Shown here one piece after another: positions 29,714 to 39,951 of a stretch of DNA of 64,000 nucleotides. Where the stretch lies: NCBI GenBank assembly GCA_963677705.1, contig OY782497.1:4152627-4216626 (forward strand), read 5' to 3'. Below the pieces are notes generated by a model that worked only from the letters and a program-made list of their open reading frames with translations, searched no databases and was not told where the DNA came from. The stretch comes from Myxococcota bacterium (GTDB lineage Bacteria > Myxococcota_A > SURF-8 > G963677705). A program made the position numbers and the translations under genes. Within the stretch, counting starts at the first letter, position 1; the number at the start of each line of letters is the position of its first letter.

Positions 29714-31273
29714 ATGGCATTGCGCCTGGGACAAACCTTAAAATTACAACAAAGCCTGGTGATGACGCCTCAGCTTCAGCTTGCCATCAAGCTGCTGCAA
29801 ATGACGAGGCTGGAGTTGCAGGAAACCATCCAGACCGAGCTTTTGGAAAACCCCACGCTGGAATTGAGTGAAAGCGAGGCGGAAGCCCAAACCTCTACCG
29901 AGGATCTGCACAAAGACCCGGAGTTTCAAGGCAGCCTGGAAGACAGCGTTCCCGATGCCGCTCAACTCAAAAAGCTGGACTCCAACGAGCAGCTCAACCA
30001 GGATTTCAAAGAGGATCTTCACGAGAATCTGGACAGCGCGAAGAACGACCAGAACAGTGAGATGGACTGGGACGCCTACTTCGATTCCTACGATGACAGG
30101 CCAACGCCCAGCGCCCCCAGAGATCCCAACGCGGAAGAGGACGCGGTCAACCTGGAAGGCGTGCTGACCCAGGAACACTCGATGTATGATTTCCTGCATT
30201 GGCAGGTCAAACTCAGCAATTACACCGAGCAGGAACAGGCCATCGCCGAAGAGATCATCGGCAACATCAACGAAGACGGCTACCTCCGTATCGAAGATGA
30301 AAAGGGGCGCTTCCAACCCGTCTCGCTGGAAGACATGGCCGAGCGCCTGGAGGCTCCGCTCTCTGAGGTGGAACGCATCCACAAACGCATCATGCGCCTG
30401 GACCCCATCGGCATCGGTGCGCGGAATCTGCGTGAATGTCTGTTGATGCAGGCCCGCTTTTCTTCCAACCGCAGCAGCCTGGTGGCGCGGATTCTGGAAC
30501 ACCACTGGGATCTGGTGGAGAAACGGGACATCGCCAAAATCGCCAAGGTGTTGAAGATCAGCAAAGACGAGGTGATTGAAGCCTTCAAGGTGATGACCAC
30601 CTACGATCCCAAGCCCGGCCTGGGCCACAGTTCGGAACATACGGAATACGTCACACCGGATATCTACATCACCAAAGTCGGTGACGATTACCATATCACC
30701 TTGAATGATGACGGAATGCCCAAGCTGAAAATCAGCAACTATTACAAGCAGGCGCTGCGCAACAAGAAAGGGCCCAACGAGGCACGGGAGTATATCAAAG
30801 ACAAGCTGCGCGGAGCGAGTTGGTTGATTAAAAGCATTCAGCAGCGCCAGCGGACCATCTACAAGGTGGCCGATTCCATCGTCAAACAGCAACGGGATTT
30901 CCTGGATTACGGTGTAGACCACTTGAAGCCGATGGTTCTGCGGGACATTGCCGAGGACATCGGGATGCACGAATGCACGGTCAGTCGTGTAACCACCAAC
31001 AAGTACATCCATACGCCCCAGGGAATTTTCGAGCTGAAATACTTCTTCAACAGCGGGATCACCAACAGCGAAGGCACGGACATCGCTTCGGAAACCATCA
31101 AGAACAAGATCCGCCAGATCGTCAGCCAGGAAAACCCCAAGAAACCCTTCTCTGACCAGAAACTGGTGACCATGCTCAAACAGGATGGTGTGGATGTCGC
31201 CCGGCGGACCGTAGCCAAATATAGAGATATGCTGGGGATTCTTTCTTCTTCCAAGCGAAAGAAAGCCTTCTGA
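29714..31273 (+). CDS. rpoN: RNA polymerase sigma-54 factor
   Basis: N-terminal LKLQQSLVMTPQLQLAIKLLQMTRLEL activator-interacting region and a C-terminal RpoN box RRTVAKYRDMLGI. Confidence 0.9.
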   Translation: MALRLGQTLKLQQSLVMTPQLQLAIKLLQMTRLELQETIQTELLENPTLELSESEAEAQTSTEDLHKDPEFQGSLEDSVPDAAQLKKLDSNEQLNQDFKEDLHENLDSAKNDQNSEMDWDAYFDSYDDRPTPSAPRDPNAEEDAVNLEGVLTQEHSMYDFLHWQVKLSNYTEQEQAIAEEIIGNINEDGYLRIEDEKGRFQPVSLEDMAERLEAPLSEVERIHKRIMRLDPIGIGARNLRECLLMQARFSSNRSSLVARILEHHWDLVEKRDIAKIAKVLKISKDEVIEAFKVMTTYDPKPGLGHSSEHTEYVTPDIYITKVGDDYHITLNDDGMPKLKISNYYKQALRNKKGPNEAREYIKDKLRGASWLIKSIQQRQRTIYKVADSIVKQQRDFLDYGVDHLKPMVLRDIAEDIGMHECTVSRVTTNKYIHTPQGIFELKYFFNSGITNSEGTDIASETIKNKIRQIVSQENPKKPFSDQKLVTMLKQDGVDVARRTVAKYRDMLGILSSSKRKKAF

Positions 31274-31336
31274 GCTATGTAGATTCTTTCCGCTTGAATG
31301 GGCAGGGAGGATGGTCGCTGGTGCCGGCTATTAACC

Positions 31337-31396
31337 CGGCAGCAACAAGTTAGACGGAGCATCCATTTTGTCATTCCCGCGAAGGCGGGAATCCAG
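31337..31396. repeat. About 60-bp dispersed repeat ending in the hairpin gtcattcccgcgaaggcgggaatccag (second copy at 39790-39849)
   Basis: cggcagcaacaagttagacggagcatccattttgtcattcccgcgaaggcgggaatccag vs cggcaacaataagttagacgaggcaccggttttgtcattcccgcgaaggcgggaatccag. Confidence 0.55.
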
Positions 31397-31435
31397 TCTT
31401 GGTTTCTTGTTGGTTTTCTTTTCAGGAAGGATGTC

Positions 31436-32626
31436 ATGATGAACGGTTCTCGGTACCCTGCTTTTACGCGACGTTTTCGTTTCCCTTTTTGTTTCCTTTT
31501 TCTTTTCCTTTCCCTCTTGGCTTACGCCTGTGATTCCGGGTCTTCCGATGTGGATTCCCAACTCGACGGCGATCTGGAGCAGGAGGAGGAAGCCTCCATA
31601 CCTCAGGAGATTCACCATTGCTTCGGGGGAAACAAGCAGGCGGATCGCTGTGAAACGGCAAGCGACTGTGAAGCAGAAAGCCGTTGTGGGGAAGCTCCCC
31701 AAGGTGTGAGTTACACCTGCTCCGAAGGTGTCTGCCGGGTAAAACCGCTTGATGGTGAAGATGGGGATGAAGACCAGGCAATGGACTACGAACAACCTGA
31801 TTGTACGGATGAACAAACGGGGCGGGCCAAGATTGATTGTCTTCCCACCTGTTGGACTGGAAATGCGACACCTAGACCCTGCAAGCTGGACTTCCATTTC
31901 AAGTACCTGGATGACGAAGGCCGTTTTGAGATCGGTCAGCCGGGGGGGTATAGGATTACGGGGATTGATGCATGGAATGGTTGGGCTGCGTTCTATTACA
32001 GTCATCTTGAGAGTGGAGAACCCACAGGGTTGATGCTATTCGATTACCCCACCAAACAAACCGCTCGCTTTTCCATCCCCGGTGATTCTTCGTTCTGGCC
32101 TTCGTTGGGCGGCAATCGACTTGCCTGGACCAAACATAACTCAGGCAGGGGGGATGATCTCTACACCACGCGCCTGGATAACTGGGAAACCCGGCTGGCA
32201 GTGGGAGTTGATACCTACATCGGCAAAACAGCGATCAGTGAGCGGGGAGTGTTCTGGGATGATGGCCGTACCGGTGAAGGGAGTGAGCGGGTCTATACGA
32301 TCAACGAGGAAACCGGAGAAGAAAAGCTCCTCAGTTCCAAGGCGATGAAGTGTTTCGATGTCTATGACAACATGCTGGTCTACCTGTTCCTGAACGATGT
32401 CTTGATGGGCTATAACCTGGACACGGGCGTAGAAGAAGCAATGATGGCCGATGAGGATTCCTACTACGCCAGAGCCAAAATGAAACTATGGGAGCGAAAG
32501 GCTTACTTTTCCAACGTCAGTCTGGCTACCACGAACCCGGATTGCAGCTATTCGGTGATGGAAGTGGACTTGGATACCAAGACCACCCGTGTGGTAGTAC
32601 CTAGGCAGTGTCGTCATGAGATATGA
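31436..32626 (+). CDS. Lipoprotein with an N-terminal Cys-rich module (paralogous to the 35496-36539 gene) and a beta-propeller/TolB-like region; 3' end abuts the IS5 element
   Basis: Lipobox LLAYAC. Module IHHCFGGNKQADRCETASDCEAESRCGEAPQGVSYTCSEGVC. Start set at MMNGSRY (31436). Confidence 0.6.
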   Translation: MMNGSRYPAFTRRFRFPFCFLFLFLSLLAYACDSGSSDVDSQLDGDLEQEEEASIPQEIHHCFGGNKQADRCETASDCEAESRCGEAPQGVSYTCSEGVCRVKPLDGEDGDEDQAMDYEQPDCTDEQTGRAKIDCLPTCWTGNATPRPCKLDFHFKYLDDEGRFEIGQPGGYRITGIDAWNGWAAFYYSHLESGEPTGLMLFDYPTKQTARFSIPGDSSFWPSLGGNRLAWTKHNSGRGDDLYTTRLDNWETRLAVGVDTYIGKTAISERGVFWDDGRTGEGSERVYTINEETGEEKLLSSKAMKCFDVYDNMLVYLFLNDVLMGYNLDTGVEEAMMADEDSYYARAKMKLWERKAYFSNVSLATTNPDCSYSVMEVDLDTKTTRVVVPRQCRHEI

Positions 32627-33099
32627 AGCCATAGGGCTAGACAGCGGATATGTACCGCAGCGAGGAAAGACGCGGTGTTCTTCGCATAACGCGTTGCAAC
32701 ACCACGCCAACGTTTCAGCTTTTCAAAGGCATTTTCAACCAGATGGCGTTCACGGTACAAGTCTTTGTCGTAGTTACGTTGAACCGTTCGATTCTTCTTT
32801 GGAGGAATCACCGGACACGTATCGTTTTTCTCGCATAGGCCAATGATGCTATTTGTATCATAACCACGATCAGCCAGTAAATTAGAGGCTGGTAGCCCTT
32901 CAATCAGATTTTCAGCCTCTTTGCAGTCAGCTTGGGTACCTTTTGCAAGAAGGACTCGGATCGGAAACCCATGCGCATCCACGGCCAGGTGTACCTTGGA
33001 ATTGAGCCCCCTTTTGTTTGACCCGCGTCCTGCGTTCCGCCTCGGGCACCCGTGGCATCGTGGTGGACTTTGACATGCGTGGCGTCGATCATCAGCCAT
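32614..33099 (-). CDS. IS5-family transposase OrfB (DDE catalytic part)
   Basis: LADRGYDTNSIIGLCEKNDTCPVIPPKKNR...HLVENAFEKLKRWRGVATRYAK. Confidence 0.7.
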   Translation of the reverse strand: MADDRRHACQSPPRCHGCPRRNAGRGSNKRGLNSKVHLAVDAHGFPIRVLLAKGTQADCKEAENLIEGLPASNLLADRGYDTNSIIGLCEKNDTCPVIPPKKNRTVQRNYDKDLYRERHLVENAFEKLKRWRGVATRYAKNTASFLAAVHIRCLALWLHIS

Positions 33100-33377
33100 T
33101 CGTAGTCGGGATCATCAATCAAAATATCCAGTAAATTCTCCCAGATGCCTTTATCTCCCCAACGAATAAACCGGCGATGGGTATTGTTCCAACTGCCATA
33201 ATCGGGCGGTAGGTCGCGCCAATGTGCACCGGTTCGCAAGATCCAAAACACACCATTAATGAATCGTCGATTGTCTCTGGCAATCCCGCCCCATTGGCCT
33301 TTCTTCCCCGGTAAATGTGGCTCCAAGAGTTCCCAAGCGTGGTCGGAAATATCATGACGGTGATAAGTGGCATCCAT
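32904..33377 (-). CDS. IS5-family transposase OrfA (HTH/N-terminal part)
   Basis: MDATYHRHDISDHAWELLEPHLPGKKGQWGGIARDNRRFINGVFWILRTGAHWRDLP is the canonical IS5/IS427 OrfA. Confidence 0.7.
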   Translation of the reverse strand: MDATYHRHDISDHAWELLEPHLPGKKGQWGGIARDNRRFINGVFWILRTGAHWRDLPPDYGSWNNTHRRFIRWGDKGIWENLLDILIDDPDYEWLMIDATHVKVHHDATGARGGTQDAGQTKGGSIPRYTWPWMRMGFRSESFLQKVPKLTAKRLKI

Positions 33378-33453
33378 TGTATTCCTCTGAATAGTTTCTA
33401 TTTAAAGGAATGTAGACCAGCAGAGTCGTCTTGTCCAGGAAAATCTATAACTC

Positions 33454-33828
33454 ATGTCGACACCTCCTACGGAGAATAACATCAACAAGCTGTTCTATGA
33501 TGTCTGGGAAGACTGGATTGTCTATGGGGATTATGATCCTGAACGCAGTCCGGATACCCGTTCTACCTGTGGTTATAACAACCAAGCCGCCGCAGAGATT
33601 ATCCTTCGTTACCTACCTACGGGCGAGGAATGGAACCTGAGTAAGAAAGCTGGAGAACAACTTGATGCCCGAATGTGGGGGCCTTTGGTGGTCTGGGCCG
33701 ATTACCCCTGGAAAGAATACGACGATGGAAGTAGCTACATCAGCCCGATTCAAGATGTCAACGGTATTGATCTGTGTATGCACCCGGAGTTGAAAGACAG
33801 ATTCCCGGAGTGCGCCGGGAGAAAGTGA
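33454..33828 (+). CDS. Hypothetical small protein between the two IS elements
   Basis: 124-aa ORF of moderate composition. No motif. Confidence 0.3.
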   Translation: MSTPPTENNINKLFYDVWEDWIVYGDYDPERSPDTRSTCGYNNQAAAEIILRYLPTGEEWNLSKKAGEQLDARMWGPLVVWADYPWKEYDDGSSYISPIQDVNGIDLCMHPELKDRFPECAGRK

Positions 33829-33829
33829 A

Positions 33830-33990
33830 GGCAGGTCGCTGGAGAATCGCCCTCACCCTGCTTCGCTGCGCTCGCTTCCCTCTCCCGGAGGGCGAGGGAC
33901 AATTCACCTCTCCCTCTCAGGAGAGGTCGGAAACCAAGGGTTTCCGGGTGAGGGAAATTCTCCAGCGACCTGACTCCCTTGCCCGACCTT
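33830..33990. repeat. Palindromic repeat module (cggaaaccaagggtttccgggtgaggg; ctctccctctcaggagagg)
   Basis: Shared with 36895-36935 and 3370-3430. Confidence 0.4.
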
Positions 33991-34105
33991 GTATTATACC
34001 TTCCAGTGCGTTTGTCTGTATAATCGAGCGACAATAGGAGCCCGCGAGACCCTCAAAAATCTCGCGGGCGGTGGACGGCGAGATCGTCCCGACCTTGGGT
34101 CGTAA

Positions 34106-35200
<1,095 letters not shown>

Positions 35201-35299
35201 GTTGCTTACGCCGACGCCCACCGACCTGCCGAACTCTATCGTGTCCAGCATTTTCAGGCCCACGGCGGGGCGGTCACCTATGCCGCGCATCAGGGTGTT

Positions 35300-36185
35300 T
35301 TTCAACACCCTGTCAGCCCCTTCGGCTGCTGGCGAATTTACAGGCAGTTATTGGTATAGCTGTAACTCTGACAAGAGTCCGGCGTGCCGTCGCAGTCATC
35401 ATCATAGCTAGAAGTCAACCGGTTGCCGTCTTCGTCATAGGTATAGCTGTGACAAGAGTCCGGCGTGCCGTCGCAGTCTGAATCATTACGATGGCTCAAC
35501 TCATTGCCGTTTGCGTCATAGGTGCGGCTGTAACAACCGTAGTCTGCCGTGCCGTCGCAGTTATAAAGCTCAGCTCATTGCCGTTTGCGTCATAGGTATA
35601 GCTGTAACAACCACGATCCGGCGTGCCGTCGCAGTATGAATCTTCGCTAGAGCTCAACCGGTTGCCGTTTGCGTCATAGGTGGAGGTGCGACAATAGTCC
35701 GGCGTACCGTCGCAGTCATCATCTTCACGATTGCTCAACTCATTGCCGTTTGCGTCATAGGTGTAGTTGTGACAAGAGTCCGGCGTGCCGTCGCAGTCTG
35801 AATCATTACGATGGCTCAACACATTGCCGTTTTCGTCATAGGTATAGCTGTTGTAACAAGTATCCGGCGTTCCGTCGCAGTCTTCATCCCGGCTATAGCT
35901 CCTCTTATTGCCGTCTTCGTCATAGGTATAGCTGTAACAATCGGCGTCCGGCGTACCGTCGCAGTCATCATCCCGGCTGTAGCTCAACTTATTGCCGTCT
36001 TCGTCATAGGTGTAGCTATAACAACCCTCGTCCGGCGTACCGTCGCAATCATCATCTTCACGATAGCTCAACTCATTGCCGTCTTCGTCATGGGTGCGGC
36101 TGGTACAACCATGATCCGGCGTGCCGTCACAGAGCAGATCATAATAATAAACCTCAATATAACAGCCGTCGGTGGTGTCATCATC
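35300..36185 (-). repeat. About 81-bp coding tandem repeat array (YD/Rhs-like unit C-DGTPD-xxCYSYTYDxxGNxLSxxxDDD), 10 or more copies, extending past the annotated stop
   Basis: The repeat continues from 36185 down to about 35335, although the ORF stops at 35496. Confidence 0.65.
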
Positions 36186-36539
36186 ATCATCGTCATCTGC
36201 TGTGTCGCCGTCGGTAGTGTCATCATCATCGTCGCTGGAGGTGTCTCCGTCTGCGCTGGCTTCGCCTTCGCTGTTGCAAACACCGTCGGTGCAACTGTAA
36301 CTCACACCGTCGGGAGCTTCTCCGCAGCGGCTTTCCGTTTCACAATCCGCCGCCGTTTCGCAACTGTCTCCTTGCTTGTTTCCTTCATAGCAATGGTGAA
36401 TCTTCTGAGGCAGGTAATCTTCTTGCTCTGCTTGGTCAAAATCGCCGTCAGCCTGAATCAAGACTAGCGAACCGGAGTCGCCACAGGCAACAAAAACCAA
36501 CATAGATAGCAAAATAAAACTATTCATGATATAATTCAC
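35496..36539 (-). CDS. YD-repeat lipoprotein with poly-Asp linker and N-terminal Cys-rich module; probably frameshifted (repeats continue in another frame to about 35335)
   Basis: Lipobox LVFVAC. Module IHHCYEGNKQGDSCETAADCETESRCGEAPDGVSYSCTDGVC, paralogous to the 31436 gene. The alternative frame after about 35500 translates to further CDGTPD..YTYDxDGN repeats ending ...SYSYTNNCL. Confidence 0.6.
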   Translation of the reverse strand: MNYIMNSFILLSMLVFVACGDSGSLVLIQADGDFDQAEQEDYLPQKIHHCYEGNKQGDSCETAADCETESRCGEAPDGVSYSCTDGVCNSEGEASADGDTSSDDDDDTTDGDTADDDDDDDTTDGCYIEVYYYDLLCDGTPDHGCTSRTHDEDGNELSYREDDDCDGTPDEGCYSYTYDEDGNKLSYSRDDDCDGTPDADCYSYTYDEDGNKRSYSRDEDCDGTPDTCYNSYTYDENGNVLSHRNDSDCDGTPDSCHNYTYDANGNELSNREDDDCDGTPDYCRTSTYDANGNRLSSSEDSYCDGTPDRGCYSYTYDANGNELSFITATARQTTVVTAAPMTQTAMS

Positions 36540-36839
36540 AGGAACCTCCTATCTGTTTCCGGCTTTTGTATGCTTCGTTCCTTAGTTTGAGCGGCGGGCG
36601 TGAGGATGTCAAGGAAATTTCGTTGGCTTGCCTTTCTTTGCCCGACACTCTTCCCCTCCTTGGTGTGGTGGACATGCAGGGTAGAATGCCTTGATGAAAA
36701 ACTTGAGACGGCTATCTATCGAAGGGGATGGACGGTTGGGGTAGCAATGACAACCGGCATTTGTGGGATCGCCTCAACGATGAATGGTTCAATCCGACTT
36801 TCGGGAAAGTTTGAAGATACACGCCCGTCAACGATGGAT

Positions 36840-36960
36840 AACGGTTCGCAAGAAACCCATGTCGGGCAAGGAATTTGCCCGACCAAGCGGGTAGAATCGC
36901 CCTCACCCGAAAACCAAGGGTTTCCGGGTGAGGGGCTTGGGATGACACCCGGCAAGAAAT
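36840..36960. repeat. Cluster of palindromic repeats (gtcgggcaaggaatttgcccgac; cccgaaaaccaagggtttccgggtgagggg)
   Basis: The gtcgggcaaNNNNNttgcccgac hairpin recurs at 39716-39738 and 40636-40658. Confidence 0.45.
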
Positions 36961-37240
36961 TTGCCCAGTTTCTTGGGCCATCTTTCCTGATGGACCTTTT
37001 TCTGAAAATGTGTTAAATAAGTAGGTATTGGGAGTATTTCCAAGTCTATGATTTTATACGTTCTATTCAGTGGAAGAAACTCCTGATAATCTGTCGGGTC
37101 GGGGAAAGGCTGAGGTGCGGTCGGCGGATCGCACCTGGGGTTGAACGGACAAGTTCCTGAAACATCGAAGGGTTCCTGAGAAGAAAAGAGTGGATTTAGG
37201 TAGATAAAAGATTGACAATATAACTCCAATTAAGTAAAAT

Positions 37241-39619
37241 TTGATTAAATTTAGGAGAGCAAAACTCGTTGTCCTTCGGAGGCGCTCAATGGAGAAGCCA
37301 ACATCTACCTCGTATTTTGATCCGCTGCTGGAGCGTGGCAAGCAGTTGTCCGCCCTGGTCAATGATACTCGCGGCCTGCAAAGCGCCGGTCCGGCGGGAC
37401 GGTTTTTCTTTTCCGCCCTCTTGGCCGGTCTGGGGCTGTTTCTCTGCGAGCAGCTTCTGGTGCTGCTTTCGGGAAGCCGTCCCTTCGTCTCCGGAGCCCA
37501 GGCGGTGCGCTTTGCCTTCTTTTCCGCCTCGCTGCTTGGCGTGTGGCTTCTGCCTTACGCCTTCTTTGGTGGAACCCTCTTCGGCCTGGTGCAGGAACAC
37601 CTGGACCCCTTCACCCGGTTGTGGGATTGGTTTCGTATCAGCCGCCTGGATGCCCGTGCGGATCGTCGTCACGCGGCAAGTCTTGTCGCCTTCATCAGCG
37701 CCTTCGGCTTTCTGCTGGCCAGCCAGTTTCTGGTCAACGTCTATCTGAGTAGCAACTACAACGCCAAGGCTTTGGCCGGAATCGTCTTTACCCTCGGCCT
37801 GCTCTTTCTGCTGGGCTTGTCCATCGTTCTGTATGCCAGCCTAAACCATGTGCTTCGCCGTTGGTTCATCAAGCTCCCCGATGTCTTTGACGGCGGCTTG
37901 ACGCTGTTGATTCTGCTCGTGGTGGGGGGCGTGGCTCTGTTGGGAGCCGGTGTGATGGTCCGCCGCAGTTGGGCCACGCTGGAGTTGCTGAATCTCAAGC
38001 CCCTGATGGTCGTCGGTGTTTTCCTGGTGCTGCAAGCCATCGGCTTGCGCCTGCTTCATCATCCCTTGCTGGATGACTTCACCCGTTATGTGACGCGCCC
38101 CATTCACCGGGTGAGCCTGGCCGCCTCCTGGGTCTTGCTGCTTGCCTTGACCATCTACAACTTCAATCAGGACCCGCATTCCGCCTTTGTGATGCGCCAC
38201 TACGCGCCCTTGTCTCAACTGGCCGTGCGTGCCGTGCAAACCCTGGGGGATCGTGACGGCGACGGCTATGCCTCCATTCTGCTGGGTGGGGATTGCAACG
38301 ACCGAAACCCCGGTATCAACCCCACCGCCAGGGATATTCCCGGTAACGGTGTGGACGAAGACTGCCTCGCCGGAGATGCCGCCATTCCCGCCGCCAAACG
38401 CTACGACTGGTTGGACGAGGAAACCCAACTGCGTCTGGCCAGCCTGCGCAGCGAATGGAACATTCTCCTGATCACCATCGACGCCCTGCGCGCCGACCAT
38501 ACCGGTTTCGGTGGCTACGATCGCCCCACCACGCCGGAGTTGGACCAGCTCGCCGAGGAATCCGTGGTGTTCGAGCGGGCCTATACCCAGGCTCCCAACA
38601 CGCCCCAGGCCATTCCGGCCTTGATGAGTGGCCGCTATCCCTCCGAGATCGACTGGAGCCATTACCACAACTTCCCCCGCGTGAAGGACGACACCCCGCT
38701 GCTGCATGAACTCTTCCAGAAGGAATTGGGCTATCAGTTCACCGGCGTATTTGGCTATTGGTATTTTGAAAACCGCAATCTGGAACGGGGTGCGAAAACC
38801 TGGGACAACCGTGTCTGGGACCGGAACGCCCACCCGGAAAGCCACGTCACGGCCAACAAAATTACGGACAACGCCCTGGAACACCTTCATGCTCTGGGCA
38901 ACGATCCAAGCAACCCGCAGTTCTTCTGGCTGCACTATTTCGATCCCCATTTCCTCTACAACCGGCACAAGGGGATTCGCAACTTCGGGGAACGACCGAT
39001 GGATCGTTACGACCATGAAATCCTCGGCACCGACCGTGAGGTGGGACGTTTTCTGCGTGAGTTCCGCCAGACGAAGCTTTGGGACCATACAGTGGTGGTG
39101 ATTACCGCCGACCACGGTGAGGAATTCGGCGAACATGGCGGGCGTTTCCACGGAGCGCACCTGTATGAAGAAGTGGCTCACGTTCCTTTGATGATCCGCA
39201 TTCCCGGCGTGACGCCGCGCCGTGTTTCCAAGCCGGTTTCCAGTGTGGATCTCGCCTCGACCCTGGGGCAACTCTGCGGGCTGGCACCCCACGCCGACCC
39301 GACGCAGGGGAAATCCCTGCTGCCTCTGGCCTTGAATGTGGAAGGCTACGATCACGGCCCGGTGTTCAGTGAAAAACTCAAGCTTCCCGCCTTCCCTTAC
39401 ACGCTGCGGACCTTCATTGACGACAACTGGAAGCTGGTGGACCGCCCCGACGAGATGCGCTTTGAACTGTACAACCTGGATGTCGATCCGATGGAACAGG
39501 ATGATCTTTCCGACCGTCTTCCCGAACGATTGGCACGGATGAAAAAGCAGTATGCCGACTGGAAAGCCGAACACCTCACCGGCAAGGCCGATTGGTATAA
39601 ACTGGCCGCCGGGATGTAG
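37241..39619 (+). CDS. Membrane-anchored sulfatase-fold (alkaline-phosphatase superfamily) hydrolase/transferase, with Thr/Asn in place of the FGly-forming Cys
   Basis: N-terminal multi-TM region. Catalytic domain ILLITIDALRADH...APNTPQAIPALMSGRYP...DHGEEFGEHG. The alternative start MEKPTS at 37289 is plausible. Confidence 0.7.
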   Translation: MIKFRRAKLVVLRRRSMEKPTSTSYFDPLLERGKQLSALVNDTRGLQSAGPAGRFFFSALLAGLGLFLCEQLLVLLSGSRPFVSGAQAVRFAFFSASLLGVWLLPYAFFGGTLFGLVQEHLDPFTRLWDWFRISRLDARADRRHAASLVAFISAFGFLLASQFLVNVYLSSNYNAKALAGIVFTLGLLFLLGLSIVLYASLNHVLRRWFIKLPDVFDGGLTLLILLVVGGVALLGAGVMVRRSWATLELLNLKPLMVVGVFLVLQAIGLRLLHHPLLDDFTRYVTRPIHRVSLAASWVLLLALTIYNFNQDPHSAFVMRHYAPLSQLAVRAVQTLGDRDGDGYASILLGGDCNDRNPGINPTARDIPGNGVDEDCLAGDAAIPAAKRYDWLDEETQLRLASLRSEWNILLITIDALRADHTGFGGYDRPTTPELDQLAEESVVFERAYTQAPNTPQAIPALMSGRYPSEIDWSHYHNFPRVKDDTPLLHELFQKELGYQFTGVFGYWYFENRNLERGAKTWDNRVWDRNAHPESHVTANKITDNALEHLHALGNDPSNPQFFWLHYFDPHFLYNRHKGIRNFGERPMDRYDHEILGTDREVGRFLREFRQTKLWDHTVVVITADHGEEFGEHGGRFHGAHLYEEVAHVPLMIRIPGVTPRRVSKPVSSVDLASTLGQLCGLAPHADPTQGKSLLPLALNVEGYDHGPVFSEKLKLPAFPYTLRTFIDDNWKLVDRPDEMRFELYNLDVDPMEQDDLSDRLPERLARMKKQYADWKAEHLTGKADWYKLAAGM

Positions 39620-39649
39620 CGGGTAGGATGCAGGCCGCTTGTTGCCTGT

Positions 39650-39860
39650 TGTTTATCGTAAATCGGGCAAGGCATTGAATCCGATAGGCCCGAAGATTCC
39701 AGCCTTCAACAATCATAGTCGGGCAACTTCCTTGCCCGACAAGGCTTGTGACGGCTTGTGAAGTCTGTAGCGACAAGAAAATATCAACCCGGCAACAATA
39801 AGTTAGACGAGGCACCGGTTTTGTCATTCCCGCGAAGGCGGGAATCCAGAGTAAATTCAT
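39650..39860. repeat. Composite repeat cluster (hairpins atcgggcaaggcattgaatccgat, gtcgggcaacttccttgcccgac, and the 60-bp gtcattcccgcgaaggcgggaatccag element)
   Basis: Direct comparison with 31337-31396, 36843-36870 and 40600-40660. Confidence 0.5.
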
Positions 39861-39951
39861 CCGGCTGGATCCTCCGCCTGCGCGGAGGATGACGATTCTT
39901 AAGCTCGGTTATAATCGCCGGGTTATTGCAACAAGATCAAAGGATGAACTC

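Larger units (their letters stand above)
32600..33400 (-). mobile_element. IS5-family insertion sequence (IS427/ISL2-like, two overlapping ORFs with probable programmed frameshift)
   Basis: OrfA (32904-33377) and OrfB (32614-33099) overlap in different frames. The DDE transposase region reads DAHGFPIRVLLAKGTQADCKEAENL...ADRGYD. Confidence 0.65.

Noticed and set aside
30907-31437. 176-aa minus-strand ORF spanning the rpoN 3' end and the 60-bp repeat (contains the IPAFAGMT pseudo-peptide); likewise 39576-39860
   Set aside because: Read-through of a palindromic repeat plus antisense of rpoN. Not a gene.
35669-36467. Plus-strand ORFs (35669-36217, 35811-36467) over the YD-repeat array
   Set aside because: Antisense reading of the coding repeat gives low-complexity R/H/C or I/V/A runs. 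The minus-strand lipoprotein frame is coherent.
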